From contig CALKVF010000077.1 of the NCBI GenBank assembly GCA_937996535.1, positions 1,352 through 65,351 of the forward strand: a DNA stretch of 64,000 bases, read 5' to 3'. Below are positions 17,845 through 26,611 of this stretch, piece after piece. The position numbers and the translations under genes are program-made. The notes under the pieces are model-generated. The model was not told where the DNA came from and did no database searches. It saw only the letters and a program-made list of their open reading frames with translations. Every line of letters starts with the position of its first letter. Positions within the stretch are counted from its first letter, which is position 1. The DNA is from an uncultured Novosphingobium sp. Its GTDB lineage: Bacteria > Pseudomonadota > Alphaproteobacteria > Sphingomonadales > Sphingomonadaceae.

Positions 17845-18987
17845 CTATTGCTGCCCGGCGATCCAGTCCCTCACCACTTCGGCGGCCTGCACCACCAGCT
17901 CGGGCTGGCCGAAGTAATAGTGATTGGCGCCCATGATCATCTTGTGATCGATCGAACACTTGCTGGCCGCAGCCATCAGCCGCGCCGCGTGGCTCGGCGT
18001 GCAGGCATCGTCGGCGCTGTTCTCGATCACCAGCATCGGGCAGGAAATGCGCGCGGCACACTTCAGGCCATCGGCGTTGGAATCGTCATAGGACCACTGC
18101 GACATCCACGAACGCAGTGTGGCAAAGCGCGCCAGCCCAACCGGCCCGTCATTCACCACAAAGGGATCGCCGAGCATACAATGATTGGGCTGGCGATCGT
18201 TGGGATCGACCGCCGGATCAACCCAGCGCGGATCGGCCATCGTGCCCTGAACGGTAAAGCAGCGTTCGTGGTTTTCGAGGCCCTTGGCCTTGAGTTCGGC
18301 GAGCTGCCCCTTGACCCAGGCGGTAATGCGCCGGTTGCGGGCGATCTGCCGCTCGCGGTATTCGGCGACGAATTCGGCCGAGAATGGCGGCTTGGGGCCA
18401 TTTGGATCGTAGATGTTCCAGGCCGGGTTGCGATCGAAGGGACGGCTCTCATCCTCGATCGAGGGATCGAGCCACTCGGTCAGCGTCAGGTTGCGCGAAA
18501 GGTGCGCGGCCAGCAGCATCACGCCATCGGCCGGAATGAACTTGGCCGCGGTCAGATCATAAGGATCGCCCGCCGGGGTATGGGTGACGCGCGGATCCTG
18601 CGCTTCGGCCTGATAGAACATCGAGAGCGAGCCGCCGCCCGACCAGCCGCCGAGGTAGACCTTCTTGTAGCCCAGCCGCTCCTTGGCATCGCGCACGCAG
18701 GCGGCCAGATCCATCACCGCGCGTTCCATGATCAGCGCGGTGTCGTTGCCGCGGTAGCGCGGATTGCAGTAGATCGTGTGCACGCCCATCTTGGCCAGCG
18801 TGCCGACCAGCGGGAGATAGGATCCACCCCCGATCGGATGCGAGAAGATCACCACGCTGTCCGCCGCTTCTTCGGGCTTGAGCAGGTGGCATTCCACCGC
18901 AACCTTGCCGATTTCGCCGCCGTAGGTGTCCTTGAAGGCGCTCTGTTCGCTGAACAGGACCAGATAGGGAATGCGCTCGTATTTCAC
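17845..18987 (-). CDS. Alpha/beta hydrolase
   Basis: Nucleophile elbow GWSGGG, putative Asp (SADDAC) and His (GANHYY); GAGGAG RBS before GTG. Confidence 0.85.
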   Translation of the reverse strand: MKYERIPYLVLFSEQSAFKDTYGGEIGKVAVECHLLKPEEAADSVVIFSHPIGGGSYLPLVGTLAKMGVHTIYCNPRYRGNDTALIMERAVMDLAACVRDAKERLGYKKVYLGGWSGGGSLSMFYQAEAQDPRVTHTPAGDPYDLTAAKFIPADGVMLLAAHLSRNLTLTEWLDPSIEDESRPFDRNPAWNIYDPNGPKPPFSAEFVAEYRERQIARNRRITAWVKGQLAELKAKGLENHERCFTVQGTMADPRWVDPAVDPNDRQPNHCMLGDPFVVNDGPVGLARFATLRSWMSQWSYDDSNADGLKCAARISCPMLVIENSADDACTPSHAARLMAAASKCSIDHKMIMGANHYYFGQPELVVQAAEVVRDWIAGQQ

Positions 18988-18997
18988 CGGTTACTCC

Positions 18998-19582
18998 TCA
19001 GGCTGCGGCGGGGGCATGGCGGCTGCGGCGATCGACCGCTTCGGCGCCGAATTTGGCGATCTTGGCCGGCCGCGTGCGCGCGGTCCATTCGGCCAGGGCA
19101 GCATCGAACTTGGCGGTTGCGCCGGCAAGGATCGCATCGTGATCCTTCACCCGCACCGTAAGTTCGACCTGTATTCCATTGGGATCATACATATAAATCG
19201 ATTTGACGAAACCGTGATCGACCGGCCCGACCGCGCTGATCCCGAAGCTGTTGATGCGTTCCTGCATGGCCAGCAGATCGTCCTCGCTGGCTACCTCGAA
19301 GGCCCAGTGCATGTCGAAGCTTTCCTTGCGCTGGAACCAGTCGGGATCGGCTGAACCCGGCGCATCGAAAAAGGCCAGGAACTCGCCATTGCCCATGCGG
19401 AAGAACAGGTGGAGATAGGGGTCATGCTCGCCCGTGCCGGTGACTTCCTCCAGCACGATCCCGGTCCGGTCGACCAGCCCGAGCACGTCGGAATAGAACC
19501 AGATCGTCTGCTGCGCATCGCGGCAACGGTAGGCGGCGTGGTGGACCCCGAGAATCGGGCGGGGCTTGATCTGCGTCGTCAT
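18998..19582 (-). CDS. VOC/glyoxalase family protein
   Basis: GVHHAAYRCRDA, YLHLFF, MHWAFEV, DHGFVKSIYMYDPNGIQVEL. Confidence 0.88.
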   Translation of the reverse strand: MTTQIKPRPILGVHHAAYRCRDAQQTIWFYSDVLGLVDRTGIVLEEVTGTGEHDPYLHLFFRMGNGEFLAFFDAPGSADPDWFQRKESFDMHWAFEVASEDDLLAMQERINSFGISAVGPVDHGFVKSIYMYDPNGIQVELTVRVKDHDAILAGATAKFDAALAEWTARTRPAKIAKFGAEAVDRRSRHAPAAA

Positions 19583-19677
19583 GGCCTGCACTCCCTCCAC
19601 ATCCCGATCGGCGCACGGCGCACCTGCGCCAGCTTGTCACCGATCGGATCGGGGCATCTTAGAAGGGCTGCGATAGC

Positions 19678-19694
19678 TGTCAATCCAATTGACA
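19678..19694. promoter_or_regulatory. Perfect operator TGTCAA-TCCAA-TTGACA
   Basis: Upstream of the VOC-hydrolase-lyase-transferase operon. Confidence 0.65.
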
Positions 19695-19718
19695 ATTATC
19701 GCCCGGCACAAGCGCACT

Positions 19719-20348
19719 TCAGGCGCGATAGGCCCGCATGAACACGTCGACCGCGCCTTCAACCTCCAGCCGGATCTCCTCGGGCCCCGGCATGGCGCAG
19801 GCGCCAAGCAGCAGCCGCTGATAGGCGCCGTTCTGGAACAGGCCGATGAACTGCTGCGCGGCAAGCAGCGGATCGGCCCGGCGCAGCTTGCCCAGATCCA
19901 TCTGTCCCGCCAACCACTCCGCCGTGCGCGCCTGCCCGCGGCTGATCCCGCGTTCAAACAGCAGCCGCCCCAACTCCGGGAACCGCCCGGCCTCGCCCAT
20001 CACCATGCGGTGCAGCGCCACGATCTGCGGGCGCAGGATCGTGGCCATCACCGTCAACCCCAGTTCGCGCAGGGTCGCGGCAGGATCCCCCGCCGGCGGC
20101 AAAGGCAGGCGCAGCGCCTCGCCATAGCGTTCGACCAGATCATCGACCACGGCGGCAAACAGGTCATGCTTGTTGCGGTAATAGCTCCACAGCGTGGTCT
20201 TGGAGCCGCCGATCGCAGCGGCGATCGCCGACATCGTGGTCTGACCATAGCCGTGCTTGAGAAACGCCTTGCGCGCCGCCGCGACGATCGTCTGGCGGCG
20301 CTGCTCCTGGCGCACGGCGGGAGACTGGGCGGATGATTGCCGGGTCAT
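19719..20348 (-). CDS. TetR/AcrR family regulator of the divergent efflux operon
   Basis: ARKAFLKHGYGQTTMSAIAAAIGGSKTTLWSYYRNKHDLF; EAGRFPELG C-terminal motif. Confidence 0.92.
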   Translation of the reverse strand: MTRQSSAQSPAVRQEQRRQTIVAAARKAFLKHGYGQTTMSAIAAAIGGSKTTLWSYYRNKHDLFAAVVDDLVERYGEALRLPLPPAGDPAATLRELGLTVMATILRPQIVALHRMVMGEAGRFPELGRLLFERGISRGQARTAEWLAGQMDLGKLRRADPLLAAQQFIGLFQNGAYQRLLLGACAMPGPEEIRLEVEGAVDVFMRAYRA

Positions 20349-20354
20349 GAAATC

Positions 20355-20425
20355 GTACTAATCAGTATCATTGCGGTTGACAAGACCGCCCCCCAGCGGG
20401 CAATGCGCCGTACCATGCAGTACGG
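20355..20425. promoter_or_regulatory. TetR operators GTAC-N6-GTAC (20355-20368; 20408-20425 CCGTACCATGCAGTACGG) with TTGACA -35 at 20377
   Basis: Two related palindromes in the divergent promoter region. Confidence 0.6.
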
Positions 20426-21857
20426 TATCCCGACCCGCAGCGCCTTGCCCAATTTCGCCGCCTTGCTGATCGCGGGCAGCGCGCTCGCGGGCTGCGCCGC
20501 CATGCCGCCAGCAAGCCAGCTGGCCCAGCCCCGCGCGCTGGGCGCAGCCTCCGCCAGCGAAGCCGCCTTTCCCGCCGACACCTGGTGGACCGCCTATGGC
20601 GATCCCGGGCTCGATGCACTGATCGCCCAAGGCTTGGCCAATTCCCCCGACATGGCGATTGCCGCCGCCCGCATTCGCGCGGCAGACGGCATGGCCCGGC
20701 AAGCCGGGGCCGCCGCGCTACCGACGCTGGGCGTCGATGCCGCGGTGGGCGGCAACAAGCAGAGCTACAACATGGGCATCCCCGCCCAGTTCGTGCCCCA
20801 CGGCGTGGTCGATACCGGGCGGATCTCGGGCACGCTCGGGCTCGACCTCGATCTGTGGGGGCGCAACCGCGCCGCCCTTGCCGCCGCTTCGGGCGAGGGC
20901 GCCGCCGCGCGGGTCGATGGGGCACAGGCCCGGCTGCTGCTGACCAGCGCGATTGCGCTTGCCTGGGGCGATCTCGCTCAGCTCTATGCCACCCGCGATG
21001 TCGCCGCCCGGCAGGCCGAAGTGCTGGCCGAAACCGAACGGCTGACCGAGGCCCGCCGTGCCAGCGGAATCGATAGCGGGATCGACCTCAACCTTGCCCG
21101 CGCCCGCCATGCCAGCGCGCAGCAGGCGCTGGCCGCGCTCGATGAAGCCATCGCGATCAGCCGCAACCGGATCGCCGCGCTGGTTGGCGCGGGGCCGGAC
21201 GTGGCCGCCACGCTGCCTACGCCGCGCGCCGGGCTGACCGCCAGCACCGCAATCCCGGCAGAGCTGCCCGCCAGCCTCGTCGCCCGCCGCCCCGATCTGG
21301 CCGCCGCGCTGCTGCGCACCGAGGCTGCGGCCCAGCGGGTCAAGGTCGCCCGGCTCGATTTCTATCCCGACATCAACCTCTCGGCCGTAGTCGGGCTGCA
21401 ATCGCTGGGAATTGCCCAACTGTTCGACAGCGGATCGACCTATGCCAATTTCGGCCCGGCGATCCGCCTGCCGCTGTTCGAGGGGGGGCGCCTGCGCGGG
21501 CGCTATGACAGCGCCGCCGCCGGCTATGAAGAAGCTGTGGCGCGCTATGACCAGAGCCTGCTGGCCGCGCTGCGCGAAGTGGCCGATACGCTCGAATCCC
21601 GCCGCGATCTTGCCGGCCGCCTCGCCAGTGCGCGCGCCGCCGATGCCGCCGCACAGGAAGCCGCCCGGCTGGTAACCCTGCGCCGCAAGCAAGGCATCGC
21701 CAGCCAGTTGCAGGTGCTGGCCGCTGAAGACACCGCGCTGGGTGCGCGCCGGCTCGGGGTCGAGCTGGAAGCCCGCGCCTATCTGCTTGACGTAATGCTG
21801 ACCAAGGCACTGGGCGGCGGTTTTACCGCCCCGCCCCGCCCCCTGGGGAACAATTGA
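20415..21857 (+). CDS. Efflux outer-membrane factor lipoprotein (NodT/OprM family)
   Basis: Lipobox LAGC, WWTAYGDP, LDLWGRNR, LVARRPDL, FYPDINL, KALGGG; start uncertain (20403 or 20415). Confidence 0.92.
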   Translation: MQYGIPTRSALPNFAALLIAGSALAGCAAMPPASQLAQPRALGAASASEAAFPADTWWTAYGDPGLDALIAQGLANSPDMAIAAARIRAADGMARQAGAAALPTLGVDAAVGGNKQSYNMGIPAQFVPHGVVDTGRISGTLGLDLDLWGRNRAALAAASGEGAAARVDGAQARLLLTSAIALAWGDLAQLYATRDVAARQAEVLAETERLTEARRASGIDSGIDLNLARARHASAQQALAALDEAIAISRNRIAALVGAGPDVAATLPTPRAGLTASTAIPAELPASLVARRPDLAAALLRTEAAAQRVKVARLDFYPDINLSAVVGLQSLGIAQLFDSGSTYANFGPAIRLPLFEGGRLRGRYDSAAAGYEEAVARYDQSLLAALREVADTLESRRDLAGRLASARAADAAAQEAARLVTLRRKQGIASQLQVLAAEDTALGARRLGVELEARAYLLDVMLTKALGGGFTAPPRPLGNN

Positions 21858-21858
21858 A

Positions 21859-23001
21859 ATGACCGATAACGCCACGATTTCCGATCAAACCCCGGGCAGC
21901 GGCGATGCCGCGATGGACCGCCGCCGCAAGGCGCTGCGGATCTTCGGCGCGGCGCTCGCCGTCGTCGCGCTGATCTGGGGCGTGTGGTATTTCCTGACCC
22001 AGGCCGGGCGGGTCCATACCGACAACGCCTATGTCGGCGCCGATACCGCCGTGGTCACGCCGCAGGTTTCCGGCACGGTCAAGGAGGTGCGCGTTGGCGG
22101 CACCCAGATGGCCCGCAAGGGCGACGTGCTGATCGTGCTCGACGATGCCGATGCCCGGATCGATCTCGCCAATGCCGAAGCCGCGCTGCAGCAGGCGCGC
22201 CAGCGCTTCCGCCAGGCCGTGGCCGGCACCGCATCGTCATCAGCCCGGGTCAGCGCCCGCGCCGCCGACATCGATCAGGCCCGCGCCCGGATGACCATTG
22301 CCCGCGCCGATTTCGAACGCGCCCGCAGCGCCTATGACCGCCGTTCGCGGCTGGGTGAAAGCGGCGCGGTTTCGGCCGAGGAATTGACCCAGGCCCGTGC
22401 CGGATTCTTGCAGGCGCAAGCCGCGCTGGGCCAGGCCCAGGCTGCGCTTGCCGCAAGCGAAGCTACCCGCGCCTCTGCCGCGGGCGATCTCGCGGCCAGT
22501 TCGGCGCTGACCGCCGGCCTCAGCGAAGCCACCGCCCCCGATGTGGTCGCCGCCGAGGCCCGGCTGGCGCTCGCCCGGCTCAATCTCGAACGCACCGTGG
22601 TGCGCGCGCCGATCAGCGGGATCGTGACCAACCGGCAGGTCCAGATCGGCCAGCGGATTGCCGCCGGCACCCCGATCATGACGCTGGTTCCGCTCGATGC
22701 GGTATTTGTCGATGCCAACTTCAAGGAAAGCCAGCTGCGCAAGGTCAAGCCCGGGCAAAGCGTGGAGCTGACCTCGGACTATTACGGCCGCAGCGTGGTG
22801 TTCCACGGCAAGGTCTTCGGCTTTGCCGGCGGCACGGGCGCGGCCTTTGCGCTGATCCCGGCCCAGAACGCCACCGGCAACTGGGTCAAGGTGGTGCAGC
22901 GCCTGCCGGTGCGCATCCGGCTCGATCAGGCCGAACTGCGCGATCATCCGCTGCGCGTTGGCCTGTCGATGGACGCGGTGATCGACACCCGCGGCGAATA
23001 G
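21859..23001 (+). CDS. emrA: EmrA/HlyD family membrane fusion protein
   Basis: TDNAYV, ANFKESQL, GAAFALIPAQNATGNWVKVVQRLPVRI. Confidence 0.93.
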   Translation: MTDNATISDQTPGSGDAAMDRRRKALRIFGAALAVVALIWGVWYFLTQAGRVHTDNAYVGADTAVVTPQVSGTVKEVRVGGTQMARKGDVLIVLDDADARIDLANAEAALQQARQRFRQAVAGTASSSARVSARAADIDQARARMTIARADFERARSAYDRRSRLGESGAVSAEELTQARAGFLQAQAALGQAQAALAASEATRASAAGDLAASSALTAGLSEATAPDVVAAEARLALARLNLERTVVRAPISGIVTNRQVQIGQRIAAGTPIMTLVPLDAVFVDANFKESQLRKVKPGQSVELTSDYYGRSVVFHGKVFGFAGGTGAAFALIPAQNATGNWVKVVQRLPVRIRLDQAELRDHPLRVGLSMDAVIDTRGE

Positions 23002-23011
23002 GGCCGAGCCG

Positions 23012-24541
23012 ATGACCGACGAACGCCTTGCCCCCCTCAGCGGCGCCAAGCTGACGCTGGCGGCGATCGGGCTGGCGCTGGCGAACTTCATCGTCATCCT
23101 CGACACCACGATCACCAACGTCTCGGTGCCGCACATCGCGGGCGGGCTGGCGATTTCGCCCTCACAGGGCACCTGGACGATTACCTCCTATGCCGTGGCC
23201 GAGGCGATCACCGTGCCGCTGACGGGCTGGCTGGCGGCGCGCTTTGGCACCTACCGCACGCTGGTCGCCTCACTGCTCGGCTTTGCACTGTTTTCGGTGC
23301 TGTGCGGGCTGGCCCGCACGATCGAGCTGCTGGTCGTGCTGCGGGTGCTGCAAGGGCTGTCAGGCGGGCCGCTGATGCCGCTCACCCAGACCCTGATGCT
23401 GCGCATCTTCCCGCCCGAGAAAATGGGCGGGGCGAATGCCCTGTGGGGGGTAACCACGATCGCCGCGCCGATCATCGGCCCACTGATCGGCGGCTATATC
23501 TCGGACAACTGGTCGTGGCCATGGATCTTCTACATCAACCTGCCGGTCACCGCGCTGTGCCTGTTCATCGTGACCCAGCTGATCGCGCGCTATGAAACCG
23601 AAACCGTGCGCGAGCGGATCGACGGGGTCGGCCTTGCGCTGCTGGTGGTCTTCGTCGGCTCGTTCCAGCTGATGCTCGATCTTGGGCGCGAGTATGACTG
23701 GTTCAATTCGCCGATGATCACCACGCTGGCGCTGACCGCGGCGATCGGCTTCGTCGCCTTCCTGATCTGGGAACTCACCGATCCGCACCCGGTGGTCGAT
23801 CTCAAAGTGCTGCGCCACCGCACCTTATGGGTAGGCACGATCGGGGTCGCGCTGGGCTTTGGCGGGATGTTCTCGATGATCGTGCTGATCCCGCTGTGGC
23901 TGCAATCGGTGATGGGCTACACCGCCAGCGAAGCCGGGCACGCGATGGCCTTTATCGGGATCTTCGCGATCCTGATTGCCCCGCTCGCGGCCAAGCTGAT
24001 GGAAGTGGTCGACCTGCGGCTGTGCATCACGCTGGGCACGCTGTGGCTGGTGATCATGTCGCTGATGCGCACCCAGTGGACCACCGAGGGCGATTTCTGG
24101 GACTTCAGCCTGCCGCAACTGCTGCAAGGCCTCGGGATGCCGTTCTTCTTCATCGGGCTGATGACCTTTGCGCTGTCCTCGGTCCCGCCCGAGGATACCG
24201 CCTCGGCCGCCGGGCTGCTGAGCTTCATGCGCACGGTCAGCGGCGCGGTCGGCACCGCCTTGGCGACCGCCACCTGGGACGATGCCACCCGCGAAAACCG
24301 CGCGCTGCTGGTCGGCCAGCTCAACGATCCCGCCGGCGCAATGGCCCGCATGGAACATGCCGGCATGGGCGAGGCCCAGGCGCGCGGAGTGATCGAACGC
24401 CTGGTCGATTCCCAGGCCGCCACGCTGGGGGCAAGCCACGTATTCTTCATGGCGGCGGCGGTGCTGTTCCTCGCCGCGTTCCTGCCCTGGCTGGCCCCCC
24501 GCCCCAAGCTGCGCGGCGGCGTGGGTGCCCCCGCGCACTGA
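23012..24541 (+). CDS. emrB: DHA2 family MFS efflux permease
   Basis: LDTTITNVSVPHIAG, WTITSY, WPWIFYINLP; hydrophobic pattern consistent with 14 TMs. Confidence 0.93.
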   Translation: MTDERLAPLSGAKLTLAAIGLALANFIVILDTTITNVSVPHIAGGLAISPSQGTWTITSYAVAEAITVPLTGWLAARFGTYRTLVASLLGFALFSVLCGLARTIELLVVLRVLQGLSGGPLMPLTQTLMLRIFPPEKMGGANALWGVTTIAAPIIGPLIGGYISDNWSWPWIFYINLPVTALCLFIVTQLIARYETETVRERIDGVGLALLVVFVGSFQLMLDLGREYDWFNSPMITTLALTAAIGFVAFLIWELTDPHPVVDLKVLRHRTLWVGTIGVALGFGGMFSMIVLIPLWLQSVMGYTASEAGHAMAFIGIFAILIAPLAAKLMEVVDLRLCITLGTLWLVIMSLMRTQWTTEGDFWDFSLPQLLQGLGMPFFFIGLMTFALSSVPPEDTASAAGLLSFMRTVSGAVGTALATATWDDATRENRALLVGQLNDPAGAMARMEHAGMGEAQARGVIERLVDSQAATLGASHVFFMAAAVLFLAAFLPWLAPRPKLRGGVGAPAH

Positions 24542-24569
24542 CCCCGCAATCAGGGCTGGCCAAGCCCAT

Positions 24570-24603
24570 CCGCGCAGTTTAACCAAGCGATTAAACAGCG
24601 CGG
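24570..24603. promoter_or_regulatory. Inverted repeat CCGCGC-A-GTTTAA..TTAAAC-A-GCGCGG (operator or terminator) before the beta-oxidation genes
   Basis: Dyad seen in the 95-bp intergenic gap; no clear U-tract. Confidence 0.4.
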
Positions 24604-24635
24604 GAATCGCCGCGCGCGGGATAGGAGCGGGGCAG

Positions 24636-25379
24636 ATGACAAGGCAGGTCGAACGAACCGATGCAAACGGGGTTGCCGTGCTGACCCTCAACCGCCCGGA
24701 CAAGCTCAATGCGCTGACGGTGACCATGTTCCGCGAACTGCGCGAACACGTGGCCGCGCTGCGCGGCGATGCTTCGATCGCCTGCGTGGTGCTGCGCGGC
24801 GCGGGCAAGTGCTTTTCCGCCGGGCACGATCTGGCCGACATCGCCACGGGTGAGGAAGTGCCCTCGCGCGGGTGGCACAGCGAAACCTTGCGCCTGCTTG
24901 AAAAGCTGCCCCAGCCGGTGATCGCGGCGGTTCACGGCCATTGCTACACCGGCGCGCTCGAAGTGGCGCTGGCCTGCGATTTCATCGTCGCGGCCGATAA
25001 CGCCCGGTTCGGCGATACCCATGCCAAGTGGGCCCTGACCCCGATCTGGGGGATGAGCCAGCGCCTCCCCCGCCGGGTCGGCATCGCCACGGCCAAGCGG
25101 CTGATGTTTACCGCCGACATGATCGACGCGGCCGAGGCCATGCGGATCGGGCTGGCCGAATTCGTGGTCCCAGCGGCCACCTTCGATGCTGAAATCGCCG
25201 CGCTCGCCGCGCGCATCACCGCCAATTCCGCCTTCACCCACCGCGCCAACAAGCGCCTGCTCGACACCACCGATGCGATGCATCTCGATGCCGGGCTGCA
25301 ATGGGAAGTCATGGAATGCGAAGGCCACGGGCCCGACATGCACGACCGCATCGCCGCCTTCACCGGCAAGAAACAGTAA
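24636..25379 (+). CDS. Enoyl-CoA hydratase/isomerase family protein
   Basis: LTLNRPDKLNAL, FSAGHDL, VIAAVHGHCYTGALEVALACD; AGGAG RBS. Confidence 0.9.
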   Translation: MTRQVERTDANGVAVLTLNRPDKLNALTVTMFRELREHVAALRGDASIACVVLRGAGKCFSAGHDLADIATGEEVPSRGWHSETLRLLEKLPQPVIAAVHGHCYTGALEVALACDFIVAADNARFGDTHAKWALTPIWGMSQRLPRRVGIATAKRLMFTADMIDAAEAMRIGLAEFVVPAATFDAEIAALAARITANSAFTHRANKRLLDTTDAMHLDAGLQWEVMECEGHGPDMHDRIAAFTGKKQ

Positions 25380-25391
25380 GGCAGACCGGCA

Positions 25392-26597
25392 ATGGATATT
25401 GAATTCGGCCCCGAGCTTGAGGCTTTCCGGCGCGAGGTCGCCGAATTTCTCGATACCGCGCCTACGCCCGAGATCCGCGAGGCTGGCCGCAAGACCACCA
25501 GCGCCTTCGCCCCGTTCGAAGCGGCGATCAAATGGCAGGGTATCCTGAACCAGCGCGGCTGGGCCGCACCGGGCTGGCCCAAGCAGTATGGCGGCACCGG
25601 CTGGTCGGTCGAACAGCGCTACATCTTCGCCGAGGAATACTGGAAGCGCGACCTGCCGCCGCTGCTGCCCAACGGGTTGCAGATGGTGGGCCCGCTGCTG
25701 ATCGAGGCGGGCAGCGAGGAACAAAAGGCCCGCTACCTGCCCGGCATCCTCAGCGGCGAGGATTACTGGACCCAGGGCTATTCCGAACCCGGCGCGGGAT
25801 CGGACCTTGCCGCGCTCAAATGCAGCGCCGTGGCCGACGGGGATGACTACATCATCAACGGCCAGAAGATCTGGACCACGCTGGCGCACAAGGCCAACCG
25901 CATGTTCATGCTGGTGCGCACCGACGGCGCCGGCAAGAAGCAGCAGGGGATCACCTTCCTGCTGCTGGAGCGGACCGACTACCCGGGCATGGAAATCCGG
26001 CCGATCATCGGCCTCGATGGCATTCCCGAGCAGTGCGAGGTGTTCTTCGACAATGTCCGCGTGCCGCAATCAGCCCGCGTCGGCGCCGAGAACGACGGAT
26101 GGAGCGTGGCCAAGGCCCTGCTCAAGCACGAACGCGGCGGGTCGGCCAGCAGCCCGGCGATGTATCGCCGCCTCGAAACGATCCGTGCGGCGGCCAGCGG
26201 CACGCCCTCGCCCCACGGCGGCACGGTGCTCGACGATCCGGTGTTCCAGCGCGATCTCGGCGAACTCGAAGCCGAAATCGCAGCCTGCGCGGCCTTTGAA
26301 AAGCTGGTGATCAGCGGCCATCCCTCGGCCGCCGATCCGGCCATGCCATCGCTGACCAAGGTGATGAACAGCGAACTGACCCAGCGCATCTCGGTGATGA
26401 TGACCCGGGTTGCCGGGCTCGAAGCCCTGCCCTTGCAGCCTGAGGCGCTGGAGGTCGGATCCACGGCCGCGCCGCTCGGCAGTGATCTCGAACTGCTGGC
26501 CATGCCCTATTACCTCAATTCGCGGGCCACCACGATCTACGCCGGGACCAACGAGGTCCAGCGCGACCTGATCGCCCGCACCCTGCCGACCGCCTGA
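25392..26597 (+). CDS. Acyl-CoA dehydrogenase, large subunit (PimC/ChsE-like)
   Basis: WTQGYSEPGAGSDLA, NGQKIWTT, EVFFDNVRVP, TIYAGTNEVQR. Confidence 0.9.
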   Translation: MDIEFGPELEAFRREVAEFLDTAPTPEIREAGRKTTSAFAPFEAAIKWQGILNQRGWAAPGWPKQYGGTGWSVEQRYIFAEEYWKRDLPPLLPNGLQMVGPLLIEAGSEEQKARYLPGILSGEDYWTQGYSEPGAGSDLAALKCSAVADGDDYIINGQKIWTTLAHKANRMFMLVRTDGAGKKQQGITFLLLERTDYPGMEIRPIIGLDGIPEQCEVFFDNVRVPQSARVGAENDGWSVAKALLKHERGGSASSPAMYRRLETIRAAASGTPSPHGGTVLDDPVFQRDLGELEAEIAACAAFEKLVISGHPSAADPAMPSLTKVMNSELTQRISVMMTRVAGLEALPLQPEALEVGSTAAPLGSDLELLAMPYYLNSRATTIYAGTNEVQRDLIARTLPTA

Positions 26598-26611
26598 CCG
26601 GGGGACTGACC

